Shown piece after piece: positions 46,324 to 56,438 of a stretch of 64,000 nucleotides of DNA (position 1 is the stretch's first letter; each line of letters opens with the position of its first letter). The stretch is from a virus (lineage: Duplodnaviria > Caudoviricetes), in the IMG/VR virus record IMGVR_UViG_3300046028_001578, positions 486 through 64,485 of that record. The stretch is one strand, 5' to 3'. The translations under genes were made by a program, and so were the position numbers. The notes below the pieces were generated by a model. The model saw only the letters and a program-made list of their open reading frames with translations, was not told where the DNA came from and ran no database searches.

Positions 46324-47219
46324 TTCTTTTTAGTTGCTTTCTTTACAGCCTTAGCTGCCTCTTGAGTTGCTTTCTTTACAGCCTTAGCTGCAGCTTCAGC
46401 TTCTTTCTTTGCAGCCTTAGCTGCAGCTTCAGCTTCTTTCTTTGTAACTTTTGTTAAAAACTCATTACCTTTGGTAATAGCTTTATTTAAAGTTTTTTGT
46501 TGTTCCTCAAGCGTTGCTGCATATTTAGCACTTTCCCTTTGTTGTAAAGTAGTGTCTAATTTAAACCGCATTGCTTCTGTGTCTTTTACAATCTGTAATC
46601 TTTGTGCTGCTTCTTCTTCTGATAGTTTATAACTATAGATAGGCTTTCGATTCGCATCATAAGAAATAGTTTTATTCTTACCTTTAGCTTTTTTATATGC
46701 ATTCATATCAAACCCAGCATCAGCACTAGTAATAAAACCTTTACTTAGGGTTGAAGATTTATTAATTACTGATTGAATGTATTGGTCTTGAATAGCAAGT
46801 TTTTGTGATTCACCTTTTTGTTTTACAAACTCAGCAATATTTTGTTGTTGTGTATCAACTGCTTCATTTTGTTTTTCAACAACAGAAATCTGTTCATCAG
46901 TTTGTCTCTTTGCTTCAGTCTCTGCATTAAATACATAGAATGCTTGATCAGCGTTTGCTGTTGTAGCATCTTCACCTAAAGTGAATTTGATATCTTTCAT
47001 TTTTTTATAGAGAGGATTATAGATATCCGCAAAGTTAGGTAAGTCTTGCTTAGTCAGAGCAGTCTCTCCAGTAGAAGCTAAATAGGAGTCTTGTCCTACA
47101 TTTGCCATATCTAAAAGACCACCCTGAACACCAGCAAGATTTGCATTTAGTTCTGTTAGTTGTGTATTATAGTTTGCAATAGCTGTTGTTGTTTCAGCTG
47201 CTGTTTTCTTTTGTGCCAT
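46320..47219 (-). CDS. hypothetical coiled-coil protein with Ala/Lys-rich C-terminal repeats
   Basis: AAKAAKKEAEAAAKAVKKA repeats. Confidence 0.75.
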   Translation of the reverse strand: MAQKKTAAETTTAIANYNTQLTELNANLAGVQGGLLDMANVGQDSYLASTGETALTKQDLPNFADIYNPLYKKMKDIKFTLGEDATTANADQAFYVFNAETEAKRQTDEQISVVEKQNEAVDTQQQNIAEFVKQKGESQKLAIQDQYIQSVINKSSTLSKGFITSADAGFDMNAYKKAKGKNKTISYDANRKPIYSYKLSEEEAAQRLQIVKDTEAMRFKLDTTLQQRESAKYAATLEEQQKTLNKAITKGNEFLTKVTKKEAEAAAKAAKKEAEAAAKAVKKATQEAAKAVKKATKKK

Positions 47220-47222
47220 TAT

Positions 47223-49112
47223 TTATCCTGTTAAATCTATTATCTCACAAGCTCCTGCAGTACAGGCTAAGGAGTGAGATGATGTTGTTGTGTCTGTCTT
47301 CTCGTATAAAGAGAGATGATTAAAGTCTACATCTATAACAGGAAACGAATTGTAAGTTTCTAGTGATATAGATTCAAAGGGAGCTTGTGCATAGATATGA
47401 TCTGACTTGGGTAAGAAAGATATACCAGAGATCTTATCAAAGTTTTCCCATACCCATTGTCCAACAGGTAGGAATTCATTGTCAGCATAGTTAACAGTAA
47501 TGCTTGGCTTGTGCTGACAGTAGTGCTCTTGATAGGTTAACCATAAGTTAAGATGATCAATAGCGGATAGTTCATTCTGAGTTAGTGATCCAGATGGAGC
47601 AGCCTGAACAAAGGTAAAGACTGCAGTTGAATCGGCATTCATTACACAGTCTTCTACTGGTACTTGGGCATCTCTCATCATGAAGTAGAGTGGATCCTTC
47701 TTGTCGATACGAACTCTTCTAAAGTAATGCTCAGCATACCGGGGATGCAATCCACTGGCTGACGAAGCAAGACATGAAGTTGTACCTTCTGGTTTAATAC
47801 AAGTAATTGATTTACTTGGGTTGATACCCAGCTTCTTAGACCAGTCAAGGTTAGTCTTGATGGCTGTCTCTCGTAGATCCTCAAGGACATACTTAAGTCT
47901 GCCATGTCCTAGTAGACCGGACATCAACTTGTTATCAAAGATACCTGTCATGGATACACCAAGCAGTCTCTCTTCTTCACAGTTATCCTGCCATGTCTTA
48001 TCCTTGGCTAGGTATGGGAAGTAAGTGAACATGCTTTGGATAGTACCAATGATGGTAGCCATTTCAATTTTCTTTTCTAACGACTCTTGTGTATCAGTTG
48101 CATTGACAACAACAGTAGATAGATTACAGAATTGATTGGGGCGTAGGATGATCTCACTACATGGATTCGTTCCATAGTAATGATCCTCACCACGCTCTGC
48201 CTTGACAGCAATGTTCTTCATTGCATCACGATTACAAAGACCACGCTCTCCACTATGGGAGTTGTATAAGTCTGTCCACTCTTCGAGGAACTGACCCATT
48301 GATGGTCTGCCATTGTAGATGGCTGAGTTGTTTGCTAAGGCACGATGACTTGATGTCTGCCACCACGCACCACTCTTGCAAGTAGCCATCTCACGGTCTG
48401 CTAGGTCGCTTAGAGAGATCATAGCGGAGCGGCGTACACCACCCACGATGACTGACTGAGCAATCTTGCAGCAGATATCATGGCACTCAAGGGGCGTAAG
48501 TCTACGACCTTGGGCAGAATAGAATGTCTGTACTACAAATCTAAAGACTTCTTCTAGTGGGGCAGGACCGCTTGCTCTACCACCAAAGGTCTTTAGTCTT
48601 TCACCTGACTTACGAATCTTACTTGTGTCCCACTTAATGTGGATACCCTTATAAAGATTGTCAAGTAAGTTGTTAAGTGCATCACACCAACCCTCGCGGC
48701 TATCCTCAACAAACATAACTGTATCAAACATCTTATGTATTGTTGGAATAGTTCCAAGTTTGTCCGTGCATCTACGCTCAACCGTATAGCCTACTCCAGT
48801 ACCACACATAAGAATGTACATGAGGTTAGAGAAGGAAGTTGTTTTATTAATCTCAATGTATGAGCAATTGTATAGGGCAGTATGATCACGATCCAATGCT
48901 GGACCTGCGGTCATCAACCCACGCATACTTGGCAGTACTTCTAGATTAAGGATAGCATCTCTGATATCTGTCCGTGTCAGAAGGACAGGGGCTTTACCAG
49001 TAAAGTAATTCCACCATCTATCGACAGTCTCATCCCAAGTCTCTCTACGATTTTCTTTATCAAGCCAACGACTGTAACGACTGATAGCAATAAACTTTTG
49101 AAATGTATCCAT
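47223..49112 (-). CDS. nrdJ: class II (adenosylcobalamin-dependent) ribonucleotide reductase
   Basis: PSMRGL, YNCSY, VGGVRRSA, GTNPCSEI, IKPEGT, C-terminal ACTAGAC. Confidence 0.93.
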   Translation of the reverse strand: MDTFQKFIAISRYSRWLDKENRRETWDETVDRWWNYFTGKAPVLLTRTDIRDAILNLEVLPSMRGLMTAGPALDRDHTALYNCSYIEINKTTSFSNLMYILMCGTGVGYTVERRCTDKLGTIPTIHKMFDTVMFVEDSREGWCDALNNLLDNLYKGIHIKWDTSKIRKSGERLKTFGGRASGPAPLEEVFRFVVQTFYSAQGRRLTPLECHDICCKIAQSVIVGGVRRSAMISLSDLADREMATCKSGAWWQTSSHRALANNSAIYNGRPSMGQFLEEWTDLYNSHSGERGLCNRDAMKNIAVKAERGEDHYYGTNPCSEIILRPNQFCNLSTVVVNATDTQESLEKKIEMATIIGTIQSMFTYFPYLAKDKTWQDNCEEERLLGVSMTGIFDNKLMSGLLGHGRLKYVLEDLRETAIKTNLDWSKKLGINPSKSITCIKPEGTTSCLASSASGLHPRYAEHYFRRVRIDKKDPLYFMMRDAQVPVEDCVMNADSTAVFTFVQAAPSGSLTQNELSAIDHLNLWLTYQEHYCQHKPSITVNYADNEFLPVGQWVWENFDKISGISFLPKSDHIYAQAPFESISLETYNSFPVIDVDFNHLSLYEKTDTTTSSHSLACTAGACEIIDLTG

Positions 49113-49624
49113 TAGACTCCTGTACTCCCAAACTTACCTTCGCCTCGCACAGTAAACGGAAGTTTATCTACAGAGACAAACTGGAATTGTGTGACGGGCA
49201 TCAAGGCAATCTGTGCAACACGATCACCCCGTTTAAGAGTGTGTGTTATTGTTGAATTGTTAATAAGTGGTAACCAAATCTCACCACGATAATCAGAATC
49301 AATGACACCAACTGAGTTGGCTAAGTTAATTCCTTTGTTAGAAAGACCTGATCTCATAAAGAGTAATCCTACATAGCCCTCAGGGATAGCTAGGCTAACC
49401 CCTGTGGGTACTCTAGTTACTACTCCGGGGAGTAGCGTAGTGTCCGTAGTGATCTTAAGATCAGCTCCGGCTGCACCCTTGGTATGATAGGCTGGAGCAC
49501 AGTCTCTATCATGGAGTACCATAGGGATCTTAGAATTGCTATGGGTATAAGTAGAAGTATTGTAATTGTTTGGATTAGCAATAGTTAAAGACTCAGTGTT
49601 GTATTGGTTTACATCAGTGTTCAT
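49112..49624 (-). CDS. dut: dUTPase (trimeric)
   Basis: AAGADL, RSGL, GVIDSDYRGE, GDRVAQ, RGEGKFGSTG. Confidence 0.97.
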   Translation of the reverse strand: MNTDVNQYNTESLTIANPNNYNTSTYTHSNSKIPMVLHDRDCAPAYHTKGAAGADLKITTDTTLLPGVVTRVPTGVSLAIPEGYVGLLFMRSGLSNKGINLANSVGVIDSDYRGEIWLPLINNSTITHTLKRGDRVAQIALMPVTQFQFVSVDKLPFTVRGEGKFGSTGV

Positions 49625-50393
49625 TAGTGTTCCCTTGAGTATCACTCTTAGTAGCCCCAACTATTGGGTCAAACAATAGTACGGACTTAGTTTTCTTGTT
49701 ATATTCACCATGTCTAAGGATGCGGACACACCTAGCCATAGCGAGACAGTAATCATATCCATATCTATCCATTTCCTGAGGCTTAGCTTGGTCATAAGCT
49801 GCCAATACGGCGGCTGTCCAGTTCCTTGGATGAACATACTTAAGCCACTTCTCTGCCTTGGCAGGTCCCCACTTCCAGATACCGGGGATATTATCAGTCG
49901 TATCACCCATGATCCACTGCTTGTGGAAGTTAAAGTCAGCGGTATAAGTATCAAGTTCCAGAGGTTTAACTTCTTTGTCTGGGTTCCAATGCCACCCCGG
50001 TACAGACCGGAGATCCTTGTCAATGGTCACAGCAATAGCCTTGTTACCCGAAGCCATGAGTCCCATAATATCATCAGCCTCTAGGGTAGGAACAAAGAGT
50101 ATATCATTCTGTTTAATTAAATCAACAGCGTATGATAAACTATCTGGTGCTTGTTTCTTTACATCCCGATGGGCTTTATATTGTTCCCATACCTGTCTAC
50201 GGAAGTTATCCTTACGATCACAGGAGATAGCCACATATACTTTCGTTACCCCTACTGGAGTCCATGCCTTGACATCGTGTTCGATGCGTTCCGCAAGGTA
50301 CTCAATGCCCTCTTGGTCTGCCCAAAAGGCAGCACGATAGGCAATGATGTCTCCATCAAGTACAGCAACATCAGGTCTTGGTTGGCTTGTCAT
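49614..50393 (-). CDS. 5'-3' exonuclease (T7 gp6-like)
   Basis: LDGDIIAY, YKAHR, LEADD, DKDL, GDTTDNIPG. Confidence 0.95.
   Translation of the reverse strand: MTSQPRPDVAVLDGDIIAYRAAFWADQEGIEYLAERIEHDVKAWTPVGVTKVYVAISCDRKDNFRRQVWEQYKAHRDVKKQAPDSLSYAVDLIKQNDILFVPTLEADDIMGLMASGNKAIAVTIDKDLRSVPGWHWNPDKEVKPLELDTYTADFNFHKQWIMGDTTDNIPGIWKWGPAKAEKWLKYVHPRNWTAAVLAAYDQAKPQEMDRYGYDYCLAMARCVRILRHGEYNKKTKSVLLFDPIVGATKSDTQGNTNEH
49645..49665 (-). promoter_or_regulatory. putative phage RNAP promoter AATAGTTGGGGCTACTAAGAG
   Basis: Core repeat; embedded in the exonuclease 3' end just upstream of dUTPase. Confidence 0.8.
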
Positions 50394-51111
50394 TATCTTC
50401 CTTGTCTATAATAAGTTCCATAATTTCTTTGAACACCGCATCTCCATCAGGTAGTCTGTCTTCTCTTGAGGATAGACATAACTCACAGTTGCACAGGGCA
50501 TCTAACATTGATTCGGCAAGTAGGTGAAACCACTCGTCAAACTTTGCTTGGCACTTGGTTTTAAATGCCGCCTCAGTTTCTTCATTCTTTAGAGTGTAGT
50601 GAAACATATCTTCATATTGTTTGTTGCCTGTCTCAATAGCAATAGCTAATGCTTCAGACTCATGTGTTCTCCACTCAGCAAACTCCTCAGGGAGTTCACG
50701 CTCACCTGCTGATACAAAGACTGTGAGAGCACGGATGTCACGAGCAGCAGCGATCTCATTGGTATAACGACAGTCATCAACAATGATAACCTTCTCATGC
50801 CAAATAGATGGGTCAGCCTTTAGGGCAGTTTGTTCTTCCTCATAGAGTTTCTTAATCTTGTTTCTGAATTCTTTAACCCAGTAGTCTGGATCTTGTTCTC
50901 TCATAGTAGAGCCAAGGGTTTGACAGAACTCACGATACTCTTCTTGATTGGTATCTTTAGTGTATCCCTTCTTAGCCGCTTCCTCTTTAAGAGCAGCAGC
51001 AAAGGGAACAATCACTGGTGTATACTTATTGTTATAAGCGTACTCACTGATCCACTTTGCTAGTGTTGTCTTCCCGACTCTTGCCTGTCCACCGATCATT
51101 ATCGTTATCAT
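50371..51111 (-). CDS. deoxynucleoside monophosphate kinase (T4 gp1-like)
   Basis: GQARVGKTT, FAAALK, YWV, DDCRYTNE, HESE. Confidence 0.85.
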   Translation of the reverse strand: MITIMIGGQARVGKTTLAKWISEYAYNNKYTPVIVPFAAALKEEAAKKGYTKDTNQEEYREFCQTLGSTMREQDPDYWVKEFRNKIKKLYEEEQTALKADPSIWHEKVIIVDDCRYTNEIAAARDIRALTVFVSAGERELPEEFAEWRTHESEALAIAIETGNKQYEDMFHYTLKNEETEAAFKTKCQAKFDEWFHLLAESMLDALCNCELCLSSREDRLPDGDAVFKEIMELIIDKEDNDKPTKT

Positions 51112-51547
51112 GTAAGCTTTCCCATAATTGTTTTGGAGTGAATAGATCAGGGATATCCCAACCTTTGAATTGTAAGTAGCTGCATATAAAAGTAATACAG
51201 TTGGTTGGTTTGTTCATCCCTATGAACTGACCTATAGTAGTATATGCTAACATCATATAGCTATTAAGTGGTTTATATTTATAGGCAAAGATAATATCTT
51301 CTTCGTCTATCTCAAAAGAACCTAGATCAAACTCATAGTACTTAGTTAAATTTAATTGTTTAAGTGCGGATAAACGCATTACTTTTACTGGTCTTCTATC
51401 AACTACTACAAAAGCAAATGGTATACTCAGATCAAACTCAATGTGAGCATGAGTATGACGGCTCCAAGATAGTAAACGAACGGCATAGTACCGCCACCCT
51501 TGTACCTTCTTGAAGTTATAAAATACAATTCTTCCATTAACTTTCAT
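51044..51547 (-). CDS. permuted papain-like (NlpC/P60, YiiX-type) hydrolase
   Basis: N-terminal SRHTHAHI His motif, C-terminal NCITF Cys, TPKQLW. Confidence 0.6.
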   Translation of the reverse strand: MKVNGRIVFYNFKKVQGWRYYAVRLLSWSRHTHAHIEFDLSIPFAFVVVDRRPVKVMRLSALKQLNLTKYYEFDLGSFEIDEEDIIFAYKYKPLNSYMMLAYTTIGQFIGMNKPTNCITFICSYLQFKGWDIPDLFTPKQLWESLHDNDNDRWTGKSREDNTSKVDQ

Positions 51548-51869
51548 AGAAGATCGGCATCCCTAGATATGTAGCTAGTGAATGTTCAACCCTCGCACCT
51601 TCCGAATGCTCCCAACCACAGAGCATTACCATCCCAGTACACTGAAGGATAGCATCAATGTCACGCTTCATGCAAGCACGAAGATGATCTAATGAATCCT
51701 CAACAGTAGAGGGATCAAACCCCTCATCCTCATCCATCTTAGCAGGATTGTGGATCTTAGTTACCGCAGGATTCTTAGTCCATTTCTTCTCAGCTTTATA
51801 GAAAGCCTCAAAGTTATGGTTAGGATATCCTCTCATAGGACCAGCAATATATAATTCTAACTTAGACAT
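51537..51869 (-). CDS. DUF4406 / nucleoside 2-deoxyribosyltransferase-like protein
   Basis: YIAGPMRG, NPA, MLCGWEHSEGARVE. Confidence 0.85.
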   Translation of the reverse strand: MSKLELYIAGPMRGYPNHNFEAFYKAEKKWTKNPAVTKIHNPAKMDEDEGFDPSTVEDSLDHLRACMKRDIDAILQCTGMVMLCGWEHSEGARVEHSLATYLGMPIFYES

Positions 51870-51877
51870 GTGTCTCC

Positions 51878-53569
51878 TTAATGTGTATCAGCCCAGCACT
51901 TACCAATGCAGTACTCTGCATCAATACGAATATTCATCTTTAACATCTCACCTGCTGCCGTAGCAGCGGCAGTAACAGCCTTACCAAATTCATCTGCAGT
52001 ATCTACCGGACATGAGTACTGTAGTTCGTCATGCACATAAGCCAACTGCTTGGCTCCTGCTGGCTTGATAGACTTGAATGCCTCGACCATCCAGTACTTG
52101 CTTACGATAGCTCCTGAACCCTGCAGCAGGGTGTTGAGGGCAGCGTGTTCGCTACGCACGGGTACACGCCTACCATCAGGCAGGAGCACACCCTTGTGCT
52201 TGAGTGCCTCATACTTTACCATGTCCTGTACCTTAGTAAGGGCAGGGATTTCTTTCTGAAAGCGTTCTCGTAATCCTCTAGCCTCACCAATACTACAACT
52301 ACAAACTAAAGCAATCTTCTTGTCACCCGCACCATAGAGGTACGCATAGATAAAAGACTTTGCTAATGCTCGTGAGCTGAGTCCAGCTGCCTTCTGATTG
52401 TGTGTATGAATGTCTCCTGTTAGGAGTACTTTACCATATTCACCGTTGTCATACTTAGCCATGAAGTGGGCAAGCATACGAAGCTCTAGCCCCGACAAGT
52501 CAGCACCAACTAACACCTGCTTGGGATCACATAGCCAGAGTTCTCTTGCTCTGTGATCACCACTTACCTGTGCTATGTTGGGCTGACTATGAGTACAACG
52601 ACCTGTCGCTGCACCCTGTGGATTGATGTTGCCATGTATACGCTTGTCTCGACTATTGATTGATCGACTGTTCCAGTCCTCAACCATACCCATTAACTTG
52701 ATTGCATTGAAGTACTTTACGAGTGTCTTTGCTTCTGGATAATCTAACACAGCCAACACGGATTCATCTACCTTTGGGTTACCCTTCTCAGTTTCTTGTG
52801 GTTTCCATCCATATCTTTCGATAAGACGGTTAGCTATTTGTTGTCGAGAACCGGGGTTAAAGGTATCTACTTTGTCTTTGAGTCTCTTGCCTGTCTTGGG
52901 CGAGTGCCTAATGATAATCCGGTCAGGGAAGACTTGACGCATTTCATCTTCGATACCAAGTTTTTCCAGCATAAGGTTTTTATACAACTCTTCTCCGGCA
53001 TCAAGGTCATAATTAAATCCATTGCACACTTGCTCCATTAAAATTGTAGATACTGTATGCTCAAAGGCTACAATATTTTTGTTGTCTGATATAAAACTCT
53101 TTTGTTTATTGAAGATAGCTTCGCCAAGTCGAGTGTCCTGCTGACAGTACTTGCCCATCTCTAGGTTGTAACTAGTCCAGCCTAAGGTATACTCTGACTT
53201 AGGAAAGTTAAGATGTATACCCCATGACTTAAGTGAGTTGTCTTTGAATGGGTGGGTGTTGATGTCTGGATGCATTAGCTTACTGATGATAAGTGTATCA
53301 ACAATACGCTTAGGCATAGTCATATTGTACAGCCTACGCATGACTGGGTAGTCATACCCCAAGATGTTGTGACCGATAATAACATCAAATTGTTTGAGGT
53401 AATTTACAAGCTCAGGCATCTGATGTTCTAACCAAAGTACTGGTTCTTGATTAGGAATCTTGGTAGCTGCACATAATACACGAGTAACTTCCTTGTGAGG
53501 ATTACCTTTAGAATCTAATACTAACTCAGCTAAACCATTTCCTTCAATATCAAGTACACATACTTTCAT
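51878..53569 (-). CDS. family A DNA polymerase (T7 gp5-like)
   Basis: Exo motifs LDIEG, GHNILGYD, YCQQD; polymerase motifs ADLSGLELR, AKSFIYAYLYG, VHDELQ. Confidence 0.97.
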   Translation of the reverse strand: MKVCVLDIEGNGLAELVLDSKGNPHKEVTRVLCAATKIPNQEPVLWLEHQMPELVNYLKQFDVIIGHNILGYDYPVMRRLYNMTMPKRIVDTLIISKLMHPDINTHPFKDNSLKSWGIHLNFPKSEYTLGWTSYNLEMGKYCQQDTRLGEAIFNKQKSFISDNKNIVAFEHTVSTILMEQVCNGFNYDLDAGEELYKNLMLEKLGIEDEMRQVFPDRIIIRHSPKTGKRLKDKVDTFNPGSRQQIANRLIERYGWKPQETEKGNPKVDESVLAVLDYPEAKTLVKYFNAIKLMGMVEDWNSRSINSRDKRIHGNINPQGAATGRCTHSQPNIAQVSGDHRARELWLCDPKQVLVGADLSGLELRMLAHFMAKYDNGEYGKVLLTGDIHTHNQKAAGLSSRALAKSFIYAYLYGAGDKKIALVCSCSIGEARGLRERFQKEIPALTKVQDMVKYEALKHKGVLLPDGRRVPVRSEHAALNTLLQGSGAIVSKYWMVEAFKSIKPAGAKQLAYVHDELQYSCPVDTADEFGKAVTAAATAAGEMLKMNIRIDAEYCIGKCWADTH

Positions 53570-55299
53570 TAGAACTCCTGTTGTTGTTCGGGTTCAAACA
53601 CTACTGAGCCATCCTCAGCAATAGCGAATCCAATTTCTTCTAGTCTGCCTGACACATGGTCATAATATAATGTACTTGCAATACCTGCTCGACCAGTCAA
53701 ACGATTCTTGAGTACACGCACTAGTGTGGTGTTAGCAATCTTCTCGTCTGTGTTCTGTCGATCTCTCTCTAGGGCAATGACTGTGTTGGGTACAGATGCC
53801 AATGCACCGGAGCCACGCAGATCTTGCAGGGTAATACGATCACCCTCTTCGTATGCCTTGTCACTCTTCTTGAGTTGTGATACGATGTCTACATGCACAC
53901 CTGTACGCACAGCAATAGCACGGAGTTCCTTCATGAGTGTATCAATAATGATACGCTCTGAGTTACCACCCTCGACATCCTTAGTCTGCATACTCATAAG
54001 TCCTGCAGCAGCGGCGGTAATATGGTCAAGCACAATGACATCTACCTTGAGGGAGGTTGCCATGAACTCCATACGAGCCAGCAGATTAGCCATTGCACTG
54101 TTACCTAAGTGGTCATACACATAGAAGTTTGTGCCACACAGTTGTGCCTTAGCTGCTGCGTATTCCTCATCAGTAAGATCATCAACCATAGCCATGTTGA
54201 TTTGTTTCTTGCCAAGCATGGTACGCAATTCATTCATCATTCGTCCTGCTCTAATAGCACGGACTGGTTTGTTAAGTATCAAGCTGATCATATCATCCAT
54301 AGTTTCCTGTGGAGATTCCTCAAGCATGATACACCCAACACTACGACCCTCTACTAAGTGATGCATCATAAGCTCACGAAGTATAGTAGACTTACCAGAC
54401 CCAGTACCGGATGCCCATAGTGTAATCTCTCCACTACGCTGACCAATCAGGAACTCTGATAGACCATCGTAAGGAAAGGGATAGACACGAGCATGGTTCA
54501 TAGCCTGTGAGTCTGTAATAACTTTAGAGATGTGCATGATCTCATCAGGAGAATACTGCTGTGCTTCCCATAGTGCTGATACCAATTGCTTGGTCTGAGC
54601 ATTCATGTAGCACTCACTAGCATCCTTGTATGGGAGCTTAGCAATCTTGCACTTACCCGGAGGTAGTAGATCAGCAACTTCCATAGTAGCCTTCTGTCCT
54701 GCATCATCCATATCAAAGCATAGGACAACTTCAGCGTATGAGTTAATGAACTCAAGATTCTCTTTGATAGACTTGGCTGCAGAGGTAGCACCATTGGGGA
54801 TAGACACAACAGCCCATGTACCACCGAGTACTTGGTTGACTGTCATACAATCAATCTCACCCTCAGTAATGATAAGCCGCTTGCCTCCTGCCTTCCATAG
54901 GTTCTGACCAAAGAGTTCTAAACCTTTGGCACTACCACGCCAAGCAAACTGTTTGTTAGGACCACGAAGGTGTTGTCCTAATAGCTCACCACTTTGATAG
55001 TAGTTAGCAATGTGTACTTCCTTACCATTGATCTTGGCTACCTGATAGCCATACATGCGGCAAGTCTTTTCCGTAACGCCGCGATCCTCAAGATCAATGT
55101 AAGAACCAGTGAGCACTTTAAATTCTTTAGGGGTTGTTGTAGTAAGTTCATCTGTCATCTCTGTTCCTTTAGAAGAGCGGTAATACTTGCATTTAAAACA
55201 ATACACATGATCATCATAGACTGCAAGGTTGTCACCACTACGATCTGCACCATTCTGTACACAGCGTGGACACTCAGTCTTGCTTTGGAATAGACTCAT
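53569..55299 (-). CDS. primase-helicase (T7 gp4-like)
   Basis: Zn finger CPRC...YCFKC, TOPRIM TEGEID/FDMD, Walker A GTGSGKST, LDHI, LRGSG, KNRLTG. Confidence 0.97.
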   Translation of the reverse strand: MSLFQSKTECPRCVQNGADRSGDNLAVYDDHVYCFKCKYYRSSKGTEMTDELTTTTPKEFKVLTGSYIDLEDRGVTEKTCRMYGYQVAKINGKEVHIANYYQSGELLGQHLRGPNKQFAWRGSAKGLELFGQNLWKAGGKRLIITEGEIDCMTVNQVLGGTWAVVSIPNGATSAAKSIKENLEFINSYAEVVLCFDMDDAGQKATMEVADLLPPGKCKIAKLPYKDASECYMNAQTKQLVSALWEAQQYSPDEIMHISKVITDSQAMNHARVYPFPYDGLSEFLIGQRSGEITLWASGTGSGKSTILRELMMHHLVEGRSVGCIMLEESPQETMDDMISLILNKPVRAIRAGRMMNELRTMLGKKQINMAMVDDLTDEEYAAAKAQLCGTNFYVYDHLGNSAMANLLARMEFMATSLKVDVIVLDHITAAAAGLMSMQTKDVEGGNSERIIIDTLMKELRAIAVRTGVHVDIVSQLKKSDKAYEEGDRITLQDLRGSGALASVPNTVIALERDRQNTDEKIANTTLVRVLKNRLTGRAGIASTLYYDHVSGRLEEIGFAIAEDGSVVFEPEQQQEF

Positions 55300-55555
55300 T
55301 TAAATCAATTGATCCGATCTTTGCTAGCTTGATAAGAAACTCTGGGCTAAAACAAAAGCTTGCTATAGCCTGATCTTCATCTGTTCGATATCCATTAGGA
55401 TCCTCAGATTCGTAAACAATAAAGTTAACATTCTTATTAGACATCTGAATGCGTAAGTACAACCTATCATCTCCTCCAATACCAGCAGCATCAGAGTGTA
55501 CTATAAAAGAACCAACAGGAAAATTCATTTGCAACCATCCATCTAGTTCACTCAT
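55274..55555 (-). CDS. hypothetical protein
   Basis: ORF packed between neighbours. Confidence 0.65.
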   Translation of the reverse strand: MSELDGWLQMNFPVGSFIVHSDAAGIGGDDRLYLRIQMSNKNVNFIVYESEDPNGYRTDEDQAIASFCFSPEFLIKLAKIGSIDLNESIPKQD

Positions 55556-55757
55556 CTTTACCCTTGCCCCACCCTAAGGTGGTGTTGTGTGACATCCGAT
55601 TAAACTCAGATCTAATTAATGCTTTGATATCGTTACGCTCGTCAACCAATTTATCATACTTGTTTTGACTTGTCGTACCATCCGTTTCAATACGCCCAAG
55701 CTTGTGACTAAGTGCTGCCAGATCATATACCAGTTCTTCGAGTTCATTTAGATTCAT
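55548..55757 (-). CDS. hypothetical protein
   Basis: ORF track; packed. Confidence 0.6.
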   Translation of the reverse strand: MNLNELEELVYDLAALSHKLGRIETDGTTSQNKYDKLVDERNDIKALIRSEFNRMSHNTTLGWGKGKDE

Positions 55758-55902
55758 CTTTATTTATTTCTTTTGGTTTACCAAAGATAGCTTCATAATT
55801 TTTTTCATAAGTTTCACGATCAACGGGGCGATACTTATCACCCTTACCTGACTGTGACTTGTCACGCTTCTTAGCTTTGAGCCAAGGTTTATCTTTTGCC
55901 AA
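55744..55902 (-). CDS. 52-aa basic protein (GKGDKYRPVD...YEAIFGK)
   Basis: Read by hand; TTG start behind AAAGGAGG; motif common in small phage proteins. Confidence 0.65.
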   Translation of the reverse strand: MAKDKPWLKAKKRDKSQSGKGDKYRPVDRETYEKNYEAIFGKPKEINKDESK

Positions 55903-56095
55903 TTGAATCCTCCTTTATTAGGTATCCCCATTGTCTTAGTTTAGCTGCTTGCTTTAGTGTTATCCTACCATGCAAGGAGTCATATGCTATCAGTTCAGCA
56001 CGGGCAGCATCACGTTCTTCTTGCAGGAGTGTGATTAAATCTTGTTGAGAAGTTCCTTCCATATGGGAAGTATTGGGCGGTTTTAAATCATCCAT
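55889..56095 (-). CDS. hypothetical protein
   Basis: Start MDDLK; packed. Confidence 0.55.
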   Translation of the reverse strand: MDDLKPPNTSHMEGTSQQDLITLLQEERDAARAELIAYDSLHGRITLKQAAKLRQWGYLIKEDSIGKR

Positions 56096-56438
56096 CAAAC
56101 ATACCTTCCTCATTTGAGAATATTATCTTATCAAAGACATGAGCACACCAAGGCATACAGAACTTGCATGGTCTTGCCATACCTAGCTTGCCTGTCTTAC
56201 TAAATCTAAAGTTATATAATATCATGCGGTCAGTAGGGGTTTTAATCTTACGGAAGGCATCCAACTCAGAGTGTAGGTATGGGTACATGTAACCATACTT
56301 TACAGTTTTGGGGTGTGTCTTCCAATTATTACTACCTATAGCCAACAATTGTGATTTCCTTACAATCAAACTAATGTGTGCTCTATCCCTGTCAACCGTT
56401 GAGGCGACATGATAGGCTAGATTAACCCAGCGATCCAT
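56088..56438 (-). CDS. zinc-dependent cytidine/dCMP-type deaminase
   Basis: HSE...ARPCKFC deaminase motif; adjacent to thyX. Confidence 0.85.
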   Translation of the reverse strand: MDRWVNLAYHVASTVDRDRAHISLIVRKSQLLAIGSNNWKTHPKTVKYGYMYPYLHSELDAFRKIKTPTDRMILYNFRFSKTGKLGMARPCKFCMPWCAHVFDKIIFSNEEGMFDG

